A stretch of DNA of 64,000 bases from an uncultured Alphaproteobacteria bacterium (GCA_949156565.1 CASCZI010000007.1:10311-74310), one strand, 5' to 3'; shown: positions 37,493 to 47,332, numbered from the stretch's first letter. The notes: a model not told the origin generated them from the sequence alone. A program made the numbers and translations.

Positions 37493-38557
37493 ATGAAACA
37501 TGATTTAACGATTATTATTCCAACCTATAACGTTGCCCCATTTGTTGGGCAATGCCTGGACAGTATTATTAAACAAACAGATTTTAATCAATTTGAAGTT
37601 TTGGTGATTAATGACGGATCAACCGATAATACGAAATCCATCGTTGAAAAATACACCGCACGGTATGAAAATATCCATCTTTACAATACGAAAAACAACG
37701 GGGTTTCAACGGCCCGAAATATTGGGATTCGCGCGGCCATGGGACAATATATCAGCTTTGTTGACCCCGATGATCAGGTGGGCATAATCAATAATAATTA
37801 TATCGCCGAATCTTGTGAGCCGATTGAAAATATGGTGTTAAATCGGGATTATATCAATCCGGCCGATCGGGCCCCATTTGGATACGATCCCGATTATTTT
37901 GTGCGAATGCTGGATGCGGCACAAACCGCAAATGCCGATATTGCCATGGGTGGCAAAGTGACCACATACGAAAATCAATCCAAGATACAATCATGCACCT
38001 ATTACAATCCCTGCGTTTATGACAAATCCCCGGCATCAATGGATGCGCGGCTGCGAATGGCGTACCGACGCGAAAGTGCCAATTTTGCCGTTTATCGCCG
38101 TGATTTAATTAATAAACATGCATTACGGTTTGCCCCACAAATGACATTAAACGAAGATATTTTGTTTTGCATGTCGGCGGTATTACATGCCAATGCCGTT
38201 GTATGCGTCCCCAACAGCCTTTATTGGTATCGGCGACGGAAAAAATCATTATCCAGTTACACATCAGATTTAGAATACAAAGAAAAATACACAACGGCCA
38301 TCTTGCAATGCATGTCTGTATTTTTAAACGAATTAAACCAATTGCCCGGATATGCAGCATCGTATACATACTGGACGAAATATTTTTCTAATTTGCGCTG
38401 TTTCAGTGACGATTACTGGGAAAATAATTTCCCATCAAGTGCATGCGTTACATGCCACCAAAAATCATGTCATGAATGTGAACATCATTGCGCGAATCGC
38501 AAAACGATTCAAAAGAATCTTGAATTTTTTGCCCCGTTTAACGATCGCCAACATTAA
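37493..38557 (+). CDS. Glycosyltransferase family 2
   Basis: IIIPTYN, INDGSTD, NNGVSTARNIG, FVDPDD, ED motif; TTGACA-N16-TATAAT promoter just upstream. Confidence 0.9.
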   Translation: MKHDLTIIIPTYNVAPFVGQCLDSIIKQTDFNQFEVLVINDGSTDNTKSIVEKYTARYENIHLYNTKNNGVSTARNIGIRAAMGQYISFVDPDDQVGIINNNYIAESCEPIENMVLNRDYINPADRAPFGYDPDYFVRMLDAAQTANADIAMGGKVTTYENQSKIQSCTYYNPCVYDKSPASMDARLRMAYRRESANFAVYRRDLINKHALRFAPQMTLNEDILFCMSAVLHANAVVCVPNSLYWYRRRKKSLSSYTSDLEYKEKYTTAILQCMSVFLNELNQLPGYAASYTYWTKYFSNLRCFSDDYWENNFPSSACVTCHQKSCHECEHHCANRKTIQKNLEFFAPFNDRQH

Positions 38558-38671
38558 CACAGGTTGGGAATATTAAACATCTGCATTCTTGGATACATTG
38601 GCCCGGATGCCCACATATGCCACCATCCATACCAAATTGTTGTGTCAATTTTCATCGACCGGGGATGATGA

Positions 38672-38890
38672 CATCCCAGAATTAAACAATTTTTACCAGA
38701 TTATCGATGCGCCAAATATACATTCCACGATATCCGATATGGTTCCGGCACGGCGGTGGTACGCAAAACAAACAGTTTGTTCGCCGCCCAAATGCATCTG
38801 GGCCACAAATCCCCCAACATGACCCAGCGGTACGCCAAATTTTTAACCGAAGACAAGATCGCCATTGCGTATTTGGTATTTGATAAATAA
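38672..38890 (+). pseudogene. C-terminal relic of a tyrosine recombinase (integrase)
   Basis: Manual translation YTFHDIRYGSGTAVVRKTNSLFAAQMHLGHKSPNMTQRYAKF* retains HxxR, LGH and the catalytic Tyr; an in-frame TGA lies upstream at 38669. Confidence 0.75.
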
Positions 38891-39152
38891 AACTGTGCAA
38901 AAAATGTGCAAAAAATTTTCGAAAACAAATGAAAAATCCCAGAAATACGGGAAATAAATCAAAACAAAACGAAACGAAAAAACCACGAAAAACGGGGTCA
39001 GAATTCTCTAAACCCCGCGGAAACTCTGGTGCGAGCAAAGGGGCTCGAACCCTCGACCTCAACCTTGGCAAGGTTGCGTATCACAAGAAAAATGCAAGTC
39101 AATACAATTTATTATAATTGTAAAATTAAAAACTGTGCAAAAAGTGTGCAAA
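38889..39152 (+). repeat. 24-bp direct repeat flanking the att core (integrase arm-type sites)
   Basis: AAAACTGTGCAAAAAATGTGCAAA (38889-38912) and AAAACTGTGCAAAAAGTGTGCAAA (39129-39152). Confidence 0.7.
39027..39078 (-). other. 3' fragment of tRNA-Gly(GCC), prophage att site
   Basis: CAACC-TTGCCAA-GGTTG anticodon arm, T-arm and CCA are present; the D-arm and 5' acceptor strand are missing. Confidence 0.85.
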
Positions 39153-39170
39153 TTCTCAGAATTTAATACG

Positions 39171-39638
39171 CTACTTCGCATATCGTACCCAATTATCCAT
39201 ATACTCGGCCACCGTACCTTTACCCTGGGGGGTATTGTAATATTGCTTCCAATATGTCGCCTGGCCGGCCAAGTCCGCGGGAATTTTTCCCGGTGCCCGC
39301 AGGTAATGAATTCGTGCCATAGCCGCGGCATAGGCTAAATTTCCCGTTAATGCCTCTGTTATACTCTGGCCCAGACCACGTAATCTTTCAATCGACCGCT
39401 TTAATTCTGGTTTATACCGCAGATAATTATCATATATATCCCGCGCCGTGGCCAGTTCCATTTGCCACACCCCAAATGCGCCAATACTTCCACTGCACCC
39501 CATTTGTCGGATATATCGGCCACAATGGGATTCTTGGGCTGCCGTACCCAATATCAGATCTTCGGCCTCTGGCGACCATGCGCTTATCGTATGCAGTGCT
39601 GGCCTAATAATTAATTCACGTAATTGCTTTGGATTCAC
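39171..39638 (-). CDS. Putative endolysin (lysozyme-like fold)
   Basis: LILGTAAQES catalytic-Glu motif, GVWQME, ARIHY, YWKQYYNT; last gene of the lysis module. Confidence 0.7.
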   Translation of the reverse strand: MNPKQLRELIIRPALHTISAWSPEAEDLILGTAAQESHCGRYIRQMGCSGSIGAFGVWQMELATARDIYDNYLRYKPELKRSIERLRGLGQSITEALTGNLAYAAAMARIHYLRAPGKIPADLAGQATYWKQYYNTPQGKGTVAEYMDNWVRYAK

Positions 39639-39639
39639 T

Positions 39640-39942
39640 TTATCGTCCTTTTACTAAAAATAAAACAAACATCCCAACCATCAACATAAATCCAAGCACC
39701 CATTTATCCCGCTGGATTTCAACAATATGCTTTTGGGCATCACATGCCGACTTAACAGCATTAATTTGCGTTTTGATCACAGAAATTTGACTTACGATCG
39801 GATCAGTTTTACATTCCGGTTTTAATGTTTTTTCCAGGGCCGTCACAGATTCTGTCATTGCCGTGACAGACGTTTCAACGGGTGTCTGGGAATGACATCC
39901 GACCAAAAAAATGCCCATTATAAACAAACTCATTTTTTTCAT
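39640..39942 (-). CDS. Putative unimolecular spanin
   Basis: MKKMSLFIMGIFLVGC lipobox and a C-terminal TM helix; TAATG overlap with the upstream gene. Confidence 0.65.
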   Translation of the reverse strand: MKKMSLFIMGIFLVGCHSQTPVETSVTAMTESVTALEKTLKPECKTDPIVSQISVIKTQINAVKSACDAQKHIVEIQRDKWVLGFMLMVGMFVLFLVKGR

Positions 39943-40358
39943 TACGCGTCCCCCTTTATAACATGCCCAATTTCGGCAATTTCTTTGACCTGGCGGGAAT
40001 GTTCGATAAAATACGCGATGGCCACCCCAGACATTACAAATGACGCAATAATTGCGGCCACAACATACCAAAACCGCTTTTGCTTTGCGGCCGCGCGTAA
40101 TCCCCGCATCTGGGCTGCGTCTTCATCGATCTTTTGGACAGTCAAGCGTTCATTAATCGTATTGACCAATTCCAAAATTTCAATCGTCGTCTTAGCTTGA
40201 TTTACGGCCGATTCCTTTAATTGTGCGAAATCATCCGTCAATTCATTTAATTGATGATTTACCTTTCCTATTTCGTCCATTACCATGTCAAAAGCCCTTT
40301 TCTCTGCGTTCGATAATCCTTTTGTTTTATTGATTTTTTCCCTCGTTTCCTTACACAT
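39942..40358 (-). CDS. Putative holin (coiled coil plus single C-terminal TM)
   Basis: Long helical N-terminus and one TM helix; first gene of the lysis module. Confidence 0.5.
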   Translation of the reverse strand: MCKETREKINKTKGLSNAEKRAFDMVMDEIGKVNHQLNELTDDFAQLKESAVNQAKTTIEILELVNTINERLTVQKIDEDAAQMRGLRAAAKQKRFWYVVAAIIASFVMSGVAIAYFIEHSRQVKEIAEIGHVIKGDA

Positions 40359-40382
40359 ATTCCCTCCCTGTGGTTATAAAAA

Positions 40383-40401
40383 ACACCCCGATTGGGGGTG
40401 T
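40383..40401 (-). terminator. Terminator closing the small-gene cassette
   Basis: ACACCCC-N5-GGGGTGT followed by a T-tract on the minus strand. Confidence 0.7.
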
Positions 40402-40423
40402 CTGCTTGTCATTAACAAAAAGA

Positions 40424-40636
40424 TTAAATCTTTTTTTCTGGGTGTTCTGCAAAATGACATTTGATTTCAACGGCATATTTCATTAATTTTGCCGCATCTT
40501 TCGCGATGTCAATCATTTCCCCAACCTCGGCCAATTCCAGTTCTGTGTCGGCCATTAAATGTTTCTTCACTCGGTCAAAGGTCTTTTTGGCGACCATTTC
40601 CATTTCACGCACATGCGCTTTCATTTCGTCTGTCAT
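40424..40636 (-). CDS. Cassette gene 6: small helical protein
   Basis: 70 aa; AAGGA RBS; ELAEVGEMIDIAKD pattern. Confidence 0.7.
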   Translation of the reverse strand: MTDEMKAHVREMEMVAKKTFDRVKKHLMADTELELAEVGEMIDIAKDAAKLMKYAVEIKCHFAEHPEKKI

Positions 40637-40784
40637 CGTCTGTATCCTTTTTTGCTTTGTTTGACGGAATGCTTTTTAATCCTTTGTCAATGGCGCAAGA
40701 TGCCTTGCATATCTGGCCCCAGCACCAATGACGCGCGGATTCATTCCCCAGGATATACCCAATAATTATCCCAAGTCCCCTCAT
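40605..40784 (-). CDS. Cassette gene 5: 59-aa small ORF (below the ORF-track cutoff)
   Basis: MRGLGIIIGYILGNESARHWCWGQICKASCAIDKGLKSIPSNKAKKDTDDDRRNESACA; fills the gap between genes 4 and 6. Confidence 0.5.
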   Translation of the reverse strand: MRGLGIIIGYILGNESARHWCWGQICKASCAIDKGLKSIPSNKAKKDTDDDRRNESACA

Positions 40785-40787
40785 CGT

Positions 40788-41180
40788 TTATGCCTTTGCT
40801 TTCGCATTTTGCAATGGGGCCACATTCGCGGTTGCAACCGCGGGTGTTGTTGGATTAAATGCCGAACGGCACGTACATGTTCTCAATGATACGTGTTGGG
40901 GATCTGTCCCATACATAAACTCATATTGCCGCCGACAACGAATTTCATCGGCACGCAACCAGTTCCCGGACATATTCTGGGCCGGGACATTTACAATGCC
41001 GTCTGATAAAAATACACGCGATGTATCGGCATCTGCCGGAATGCTCTGGCACACAATCAATTTTATCGGGGTATAATTCGGCAATGTATTAAATTGAATC
41101 CCCGGCACGGTGAAATATAAATTCCCACTGGTCAATGTCACCGCAGACGTTCTATAGGTTTTTACGCAATTACAAGTCAT
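40788..41180 (-). CDS. Cassette gene 4: Cys-containing beta-rich protein
   Basis: MTCNC..., LIVCQSIP, IRCRRQY; AAGGA RBS. Confidence 0.75.
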   Translation of the reverse strand: MTCNCVKTYRTSAVTLTSGNLYFTVPGIQFNTLPNYTPIKLIVCQSIPADADTSRVFLSDGIVNVPAQNMSGNWLRADEIRCRRQYEFMYGTDPQHVSLRTCTCRSAFNPTTPAVATANVAPLQNAKAKA

Positions 41181-41212
41181 TTTGTATCCTTTTACAAAAG
41201 AAAATTATTCAA

Positions 41213-41243
41213 GGAAAGGGCAAAAGTGACATTCGCCCTTTCC
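41213..41243 (-). terminator. Internal hairpin between cassette genes 3 and 4
   Basis: GGAAAGGGC...GCCCTTTCC inverted repeat. Confidence 0.6.
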
Positions 41244-41253
41244 GACATCGGAT

Positions 41254-41805
41254 TTAAACCAACCCATTCCCGGTGCAACCACAGCCGCAACCGTTATTCA
41301 GGCTTGTCAAACCCAAACCGTTGATGATTGCCGCATTCGGGCAAACCGCACCGATACCGGTGATGTCCGGCCGACGCAGCATGTTGCAACGGATGGATGC
41401 CAACTGTTCATTAACCGGCGCCAACTGATCTTTCACGAACAACTGATTGGTCAGCATCATGTTCTGACGTTGCGCTTCACCCAACTTGTCGCGCAAATCC
41501 TGATAGGCATAGAAATCAACTTTCGCTTGGGTAGCCGCCGCCGTCGCCGACACCAGTTCACGCGTCTGGGCTGCCTGTTGTTCAACACGGTATTGCGTTG
41601 TGGCCGAATTGATTATTTCCGCCTTTTCCGCGTCACATGTCGCTTTGAAGTTCTGGAACCCATATCCCATACCACCGGCAAAGCCGTCACATCCACCGAA
41701 ACCGTTGCCCCATGCGTTTCCGCCGCGGCCCCAGAATGCGATGATAATCAGAAAGAACAGTGCCAAAAAGCCTATTCCACCCCAACTATATCCTTTTTCT
41801 TCCAT
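41254..41805 (-). CDS. Cassette gene 3: single-TM, Gly/Asn-rich, coiled-coil protein with a Cys-rich C-terminus
   Basis: TM FLALFFLIIIAFWG, GGNAWGNGFGG, helical core, C-terminal NNGCGCGC. Confidence 0.8.
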   Translation of the reverse strand: MEEKGYSWGGIGFLALFFLIIIAFWGRGGNAWGNGFGGCDGFAGGMGYGFQNFKATCDAEKAEIINSATTQYRVEQQAAQTRELVSATAAATQAKVDFYAYQDLRDKLGEAQRQNMMLTNQLFVKDQLAPVNEQLASIRCNMLRRPDITGIGAVCPNAAIINGLGLTSLNNGCGCGCTGNGLV

Positions 41806-41830
41806 TGTTTTCACCATTAAAGCCCAGATG

Positions 41831-42187
41831 TTATTTTAGCCTTGCAAGATTTTCCTGCATGCGTTCCAACTCGCTCGCGGGGGCTTGTTCCGCCGACGGG
41901 CTGACTGATGTCGTGCCGAAAAATCCATTCAGATTATCCAGACTGTGCATCATGTCTTCTTTGGTTGTTCCACATGCTTTGGCAATCATTCCTGCAAACG
42001 GACTGTTTAACAGTGATTTGGCTTTGGCCAAATCTGACGCACTCACACCCGCTTTCTGCAGCGCTTCTTGCGGATTCTGTGTCGCGGTTAAAATGCCGTT
42101 CGCAAAATCATACGCCCTGCTCAGTTTCTGCGCTTTGTCGGGTCCCATGAACTTGGTCGCCAGATTCATTACGGATTGTTTGTTCAT
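41831..42187 (-). CDS. Cassette gene 2: small helical protein
   Basis: GGAGA RBS before ATG 42187; NPQEALQKAG motif. Confidence 0.7.
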   Translation of the reverse strand: MNKQSVMNLATKFMGPDKAQKLSRAYDFANGILTATQNPQEALQKAGVSASDLAKAKSLLNSPFAGMIAKACGTTKEDMMHSLDNLNGFFGTTSVSPSAEQAPASELERMQENLARLK

Positions 42188-42473
42188 CGCCACTCTCCAA
42201 TTTTTCAACTTTTTCAACCAATGCATTCATCGCCGTCTGCATTTGACTTAACGTTTTTTGCAATTCTTGATTGATTTCTTCGGGTGTTTTTGGTTTTACC
42301 AAGATGCCTTTGTCGTACAGAACTTTTTCATAATCTCTGGCAATTTGAATTGCCTTGTTATATTCGTCCGTCGTACATCCAACTTGCTGTCCGGTGGAAT
42401 TAAATATTTTCCCATCACGGACAAATCCAACAAACCCCGGATTGTTTTGAAACATACCTCCGTAATTATCCAT
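42108..42473 (-). CDS. Cassette gene 1: small beta + coiled-coil protein
   Basis: GGGAG RBS; C-terminal coiled coil overlapping gene 2. Confidence 0.7.
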   Translation of the reverse strand: MDNYGGMFQNNPGFVGFVRDGKIFNSTGQQVGCTTDEYNKAIQIARDYEKVLYDKGILVKPKTPEEINQELQKTLSQMQTAMNALVEKVEKLESGDEQTIRNESGDQVHGTRQSAETEQGV

Positions 42474-42516
42474 GTGTCACTCCCATGTTTTTAAATTTAC
42501 AGAGGTAATTATATGG

Positions 42517-42804
42517 CTACACAAACAATATTTCTTGCCGACTTTCCGTCGTAATTACGCCATCTGATTTACCAAACATATCTAATCCCGTTTTTAGCAC
42601 CCGCGATAATGTTCGTTGGGACATGCTCATCCCTTTCTCTCTTAAGGCATACTCTGCCGCAAACATGCTTTTTCTTTCAACGCATACCGCAACAAGAACA
42701 TCACTATACGGACTTGGAATCTTGTACATTTCAATCCGCGCCAATGCAATTTTTGGCGCCATGTCTTTAATATGTCTTTTGGTGTTTCTGGTGTCAATAT
42801 TCAT
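42517..42804 (-). CDS. Putative sigma-region-4-like HTH regulator heading the cassette
   Basis: DVLVAVCVERKSMFAAE...MSQRTLSRVLK helix-turn-helix-like pattern. Confidence 0.55.
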   Translation of the reverse strand: MNIDTRNTKRHIKDMAPKIALARIEMYKIPSPYSDVLVAVCVERKSMFAAEYALREKGMSMSQRTLSRVLKTGLDMFGKSDGVITTESRQEILFV

Positions 42805-42878
42805 GCCTAATGTTTCTCTTATGTTATCCCCTCCTTTTGCTCTCTCCTTATGTTAATTGGTAATTGAATATTTACTTA

Positions 42879-45221
42879 CTATACTTCCGCCATCCCTTGT
42901 ATCATCCATGATACAGCCCCGCCAGTAATTACCGGGGTTGAATCATTAAGCCACACTTTTAGCACTTGCATCTGTGTTTTTGTCCTGCCTCTACTGTATG
43001 CAACCTCTATTTGCGGATTTTCGGTTGCACCTGTTGGATGCACAAATGAAGTATAATTTATCGACTGCATGGGTACTGGAAATACCACTGTTTGCACGGC
43101 AGTATCGGTATCTTTTACGCCACCCTGCTCGACCCAGCCATCTGCATATTTTCGATACCATGTATAATTATTTGCAGCATTCGGTTCTTGAAACGCAATG
43201 ATCTCGTGCCCCCTATCAACCTTATTGTTAAGCAATTCCGCATTTAAACCAGCCGTATTTTCAATCGCCGTTGGCGTAAAATTGCCACAATAATAATATT
43301 CATGAATGATCGGTTCGCCCAACAAAACAGACTGATCGGCATATCCTTTCAGCTCAAAGAATATTGTCGTGCTCCCTGCTGATATGGAAAAATTCGTAAA
43401 AATTCTAACAACAATATTACCGAAATCATCTTCACGCTGAAAGATATAGGGAACCATTTGGGCCCAATTATCCCCTTTCATATATGTGTTATAATCTTTC
43501 ACTTTCATTGGAAATGGAATCGGATGTGAATATTCCGACAACACGAATTCTTGGGCATTATATTTGGGATATTCGAACGTAAAACGGCCACCCAATTCAC
43601 ACCACCCATCAGAATACAGCTTACCACACGTCCCATCATTAAAATTAAACACACGAATCAATGTGCGTTTGTTTGTCCGTGGCAATTTAAATTGCTGATT
43701 TTCTGTGTCGACAATAAAGAAATCTGCCGCGCCCGTCATGGCGTGTAATTGGATGATCGCCGCTTCTTGGGATGCGTCACAAATTCGATGACCATCCGTG
43801 GCCGCCTTGTATGAAATCGTTATCCCTTGAATGGTCTGTACGGCATCGGTTGCATCTGCCATGTCATCAACCAAATGCTGATATACGGGATGATACATTT
43901 CTGCCGATTGCCACGAAAATGGATTCGAATCCACCCATGATATATCGTTTAGTTTCGATCTTGATTTCTTGCAATAAAGTAATGGTAATGATAACGGCCC
44001 CATCGGGCCTACATCCCCCTTGTCTCCTTTATCGCCCTTATCCCCTTTTTCACCTTGTGGACCTTGAATTCCCTGAATACCTTGGGGACCCTGGGGCCCA
44101 ACTTCTCCTTGTTCGCCTTGTGGCCCAGCTTCTCCACGAATTCCTTGGATGCCTTGCGGACCTGGAACGCCACCCCAGTCATCAACAATTGTCCATGTTG
44201 ACGCATCAACGGCATGGATATACATATCGTATTTATCTTCACTATCACGATAAATATATCCTGTATTCTCTTTTGTATTGGAAAAATCCGGCAATGGATT
44301 ATCAAATGAATAAATTCCATTTATTATTTCAAATGACATACCCGCTGTTCCTTGTTCTCCCTGTATGCCCTGTGGCCCTTGTTGGCCCTGTGGTCCCTGG
44401 ATCCCCTGTGGTCCCTGTGGTCCCGTTGGGCCTTGTGATCCTGTATCTCCTTTTTCTCCGACATCTCCTTTGGGGCCCCGAATACTTTTATTCGTTGGAT
44501 TTTCAAGATTTCCGTCATTTGTCCAACTGATGACACCATCATCCGAAACGCTCGGTATAAATACGGCCCCTTTATCACCCTTGTCACCTTTTGTGGAAAC
44601 ATCATACCACTTACCCCCAATTCGATATTGTAATATATCTTGTTCTGGATTAGTTAGATATAGATGACGAAATTCTTGTATGTCTGCGCTCTTGGGCATT
44701 GTAATAAATGTTTGTCCATCTAATGAAACCTGAAGATTGCCCGCATTGATTTTAAAAAATATTCCTTTTTTCAAAATTCGCATATCATAATCAATGACAA
44801 CAGATGCGCCATTATCCTCTGGTTTTAATAAATCCATTTGCCACGGCTCGCCTTGTAATATTTGTGTCGTAAATCCATTCGATTTGATTTCTTGGATCAT
44901 GGCCACAATTTTACTCAATATATTTTCTAATGCTTTGGCATCATATCCTTGTAATGTTTTAAATGGTGTATCTTGTATCTCTGGTGTATCACGATATATA
45001 CAAACCAATTCATCTATACGTGGCGGCCGGACACTTTCCCCTAAAATTATTTTTTTGTTATCTAAATCGACAGAAAAAACTGGTTCTTTTATATTTCCTG
45101 ATGTTTCACGTATTAAAACATGAATAAAACCAGAACTGACCGCTTCAAATAAAAATGGGAATTCTCTTGAATTCCCGTTTCCATACATAAATGTCGGCGC
45201 ATATTTGCTGATCAATGTCAT
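42879..45221 (-). CDS. Tail fibre with collagen-like repeats
   Basis: T7-fibre-like N-terminus ([12 protein letters not shown]), GPQ/GDK triplet runs, two gp53-like modules ([24 protein letters not shown]). Confidence 0.85.
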   Translation of the reverse strand: MTLISKYAPTFMYGNGNSREFPFLFEAVSSGFIHVLIRETSGNIKEPVFSVDLDNKKIILGESVRPPRIDELVCIYRDTPEIQDTPFKTLQGYDAKALENILSKIVAMIQEIKSNGFTTQILQGEPWQMDLLKPEDNGASVVIDYDMRILKKGIFFKINAGNLQVSLDGQTFITMPKSADIQEFRHLYLTNPEQDILQYRIGGKWYDVSTKGDKGDKGAVFIPSVSDDGVISWTNDGNLENPTNKSIRGPKGDVGEKGDTGSQGPTGPQGPQGIQGPQGQQGPQGIQGEQGTAGMSFEIINGIYSFDNPLPDFSNTKENTGYIYRDSEDKYDMYIHAVDASTWTIVDDWGGVPGPQGIQGIRGEAGPQGEQGEVGPQGPQGIQGIQGPQGEKGDKGDKGDKGDVGPMGPLSLPLLYCKKSRSKLNDISWVDSNPFSWQSAEMYHPVYQHLVDDMADATDAVQTIQGITISYKAATDGHRICDASQEAAIIQLHAMTGAADFFIVDTENQQFKLPRTNKRTLIRVFNFNDGTCGKLYSDGWCELGGRFTFEYPKYNAQEFVLSEYSHPIPFPMKVKDYNTYMKGDNWAQMVPYIFQREDDFGNIVVRIFTNFSISAGSTTIFFELKGYADQSVLLGEPIIHEYYYCGNFTPTAIENTAGLNAELLNNKVDRGHEIIAFQEPNAANNYTWYRKYADGWVEQGGVKDTDTAVQTVVFPVPMQSINYTSFVHPTGATENPQIEVAYSRGRTKTQMQVLKVWLNDSTPVITGGAVSWMIQGMAEV

Positions 45222-47332
45222 TTTCTACCTCTCTTTTGTTTGTTTTCACCAAAACGCTTTTTTAATTTCCCATAAATATTCTTACGCAATTCGCGCAACA
45301 TGGCATCCCTTTCCCCATATGATGCGGACTTGAATTTTTCAGTTTCAATTAATCTGTTCTCAGCTTGCCCGAATTCTTTTGCAAATATCGCTCGAATTTG
45401 CTCAATTTCTTCATCTGATTTCCCACGGAATACAACAACGTTATCTGACAATTTTGTTGACACCGGTGTCTTATCTGTTGCCCATGCAATTTGTTTTTCT
45501 GCTTTAATTGCTTTTGATGATTTTCCTATATCTTTGTCTGCGGTATCATATGTATTGGCCGCTATCCCGATCCAATCTGCAATAACACCACCCGCGGCGG
45601 CATACAATTCTTCGCCTTCCAGACCACTTACTGCCGTATCATAAATACTTGTAATTGAAATCGGGGCAAACGCATCCAGTATATTGTGTGTAATATTCTC
45701 TGGCGTATCCCATTTTATGGGGCGCCCCATCATATCTTTTCCTTTCCCAAATGCAACAGACATCGAATCATGGATAATTCTAACCCCTGGCGATGCTTTA
45801 CCCTGTAAAAAATTAGATAACACTGTTCCCCATTTTGCTTCTTTTTTAACGCCACTTAAATCCACTGTTTTTCCCGATCCAATTCTTGATAGCAATGTAA
45901 TTATGGCCGCCGTACCGGTTGTTATATCAAATCGTGTCGTACCTATCGTTATTTTCCCAAATTCCGACGATCTTGGCTCAAAACATCCCTCTAAAAATTC
46001 AATCCATGACCGTTTATCATCATCGTCCAATCCCCAAACCGCGGCTTTTATCATATTTGTCACAACGGCGATCATTATCATGTTTCCTATTGCCGCGCGT
46101 GCACGAATCCCTTGGGGTGTCATCTTCCCAACTTGACCTACATATCTCAGGTCGATCAAGGTTTCAATTCGCGACGATAACCATTTGGGCGCAAACAATA
46201 AATTGTTTAAAACCCTATTTACGTTTTCATCTTTTGTTGCTTTCCCACGCCCCGTGATCGTATTTATCGCCGCGCCTATATTCTGCGCTTTTAATAATTT
46301 AACTTCGCCCCTTGATTGTTCCCACATCCAGTCAAACATATCTGCACGTGCCGTTTGAATAGCAATATTAAATGACGCCTCTGATCGACGAAACGCATTT
46401 AAAAACTTCCCAAAATCACCTCCCTTGTCTATTAATTGTGATATATATGATTCTGGGAATGCTTCTTCCTTAATTCCAACCTCTATTCCAAAATTATTAT
46501 AGTTTCCGTTTAATGCATTTGGACGGGTTAATATATCGGCCATCATGGTATCTACACCTTTCTGACTTTCAAACCATCCCTTATATCCGGCTTTCATGGC
46601 CTGAAAAAACACCTTCGGATTAACATATGCGGTATTCTGCAATTGACGCAAAAACGAAAAATCAAAAGACGCTTTCATTGATTTAATATTACCGGCAATC
46701 TTTAATATTGCTTCACCTGCTTTACGAAATTTTCCGCTTTGTGCCAATTTCGCCGCCTGTGCTTTTAATGAAATTTCTTCATATTTCTTTTGAAACTCAA
46801 CTAGTTTTTCTCCCAATGCCCGTCGCGCATTCTGTGCATCCGTGGATAGTTTTTTTAATTGTTCCCTGGTCAATTTCTCATAATCTGGTTTAATTGTCAG
46901 CAGTTTTTTACGCAGTTCATTAATACTTGTTGACAAATCAAACAATGTTTTAGAATCTGTACGTTCTATTTCAAATCCCATGATCTGTTTTGCCACACTC
47001 TCCATATATCGGCGGCTTTCGCGTGGATTCATAACATCTTTTTTTGCCAATATGCGTTCAACAACCGCCTTTTTTTGTTTGATGGGTCTTCCTTTTTTTT
47101 CTAACCGTTTTAACCATTCCTTTGTCGCCTGAATTTGACCTGGAATAAACATTTTTTGCTCCATCTGTCGATTCACCCATTCTGCTGTTTCCGTATGTTT
47201 TGGCATATCTACATATTGGGCAATGAAATTTATTCTTTCCTGGGCATTCATTTCACGTAATACCGACATGCCGCCTTTATCTGTAATTGCGGCACGTAAT
47301 TTTTTTATATCTTCCTTTAATATACACGGCAT
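45218..47332 (-). CDS. Internal virion (ejection) protein
   Basis: Position between the tail tube genes and the fibre; helical with a hydrophobic middle segment; LFAPKW...RI motif. Confidence 0.6.
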   Translation of the reverse strand: MPCILKEDIKKLRAAITDKGGMSVLREMNAQERINFIAQYVDMPKHTETAEWVNRQMEQKMFIPGQIQATKEWLKRLEKKGRPIKQKKAVVERILAKKDVMNPRESRRYMESVAKQIMGFEIERTDSKTLFDLSTSINELRKKLLTIKPDYEKLTREQLKKLSTDAQNARRALGEKLVEFQKKYEEISLKAQAAKLAQSGKFRKAGEAILKIAGNIKSMKASFDFSFLRQLQNTAYVNPKVFFQAMKAGYKGWFESQKGVDTMMADILTRPNALNGNYNNFGIEVGIKEEAFPESYISQLIDKGGDFGKFLNAFRRSEASFNIAIQTARADMFDWMWEQSRGEVKLLKAQNIGAAINTITGRGKATKDENVNRVLNNLLFAPKWLSSRIETLIDLRYVGQVGKMTPQGIRARAAIGNMIMIAVVTNMIKAAVWGLDDDDKRSWIEFLEGCFEPRSSEFGKITIGTTRFDITTGTAAIITLLSRIGSGKTVDLSGVKKEAKWGTVLSNFLQGKASPGVRIIHDSMSVAFGKGKDMMGRPIKWDTPENITHNILDAFAPISITSIYDTAVSGLEGEELYAAAGGVIADWIGIAANTYDTADKDIGKSSKAIKAEKQIAWATDKTPVSTKLSDNVVVFRGKSDEEIEQIRAIFAKEFGQAENRLIETEKFKSASYGERDAMLRELRKNIYGKLKKRFGENKQKRGRK

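Noticed and set aside
39027-39078. Functional tRNA-Gly gene
   Set aside because: The D-arm and 5' acceptor strand are missing; it is interpreted as an att duplication.
42879-43200. Diversity-generating retroelement variable region at the tail fibre 3' end
   Set aside because: No second near-identical copy (template repeat) or reverse transcriptase is present in the window.
43990-44600. Short periodic repeats as a CRISPR or other nucleotide array
   Set aside because: They are 9-nt codon periodicity of collagen-like G-X-Y repeats inside the tail fibre ORF. No CRISPR array or cas gene was seen in the window.
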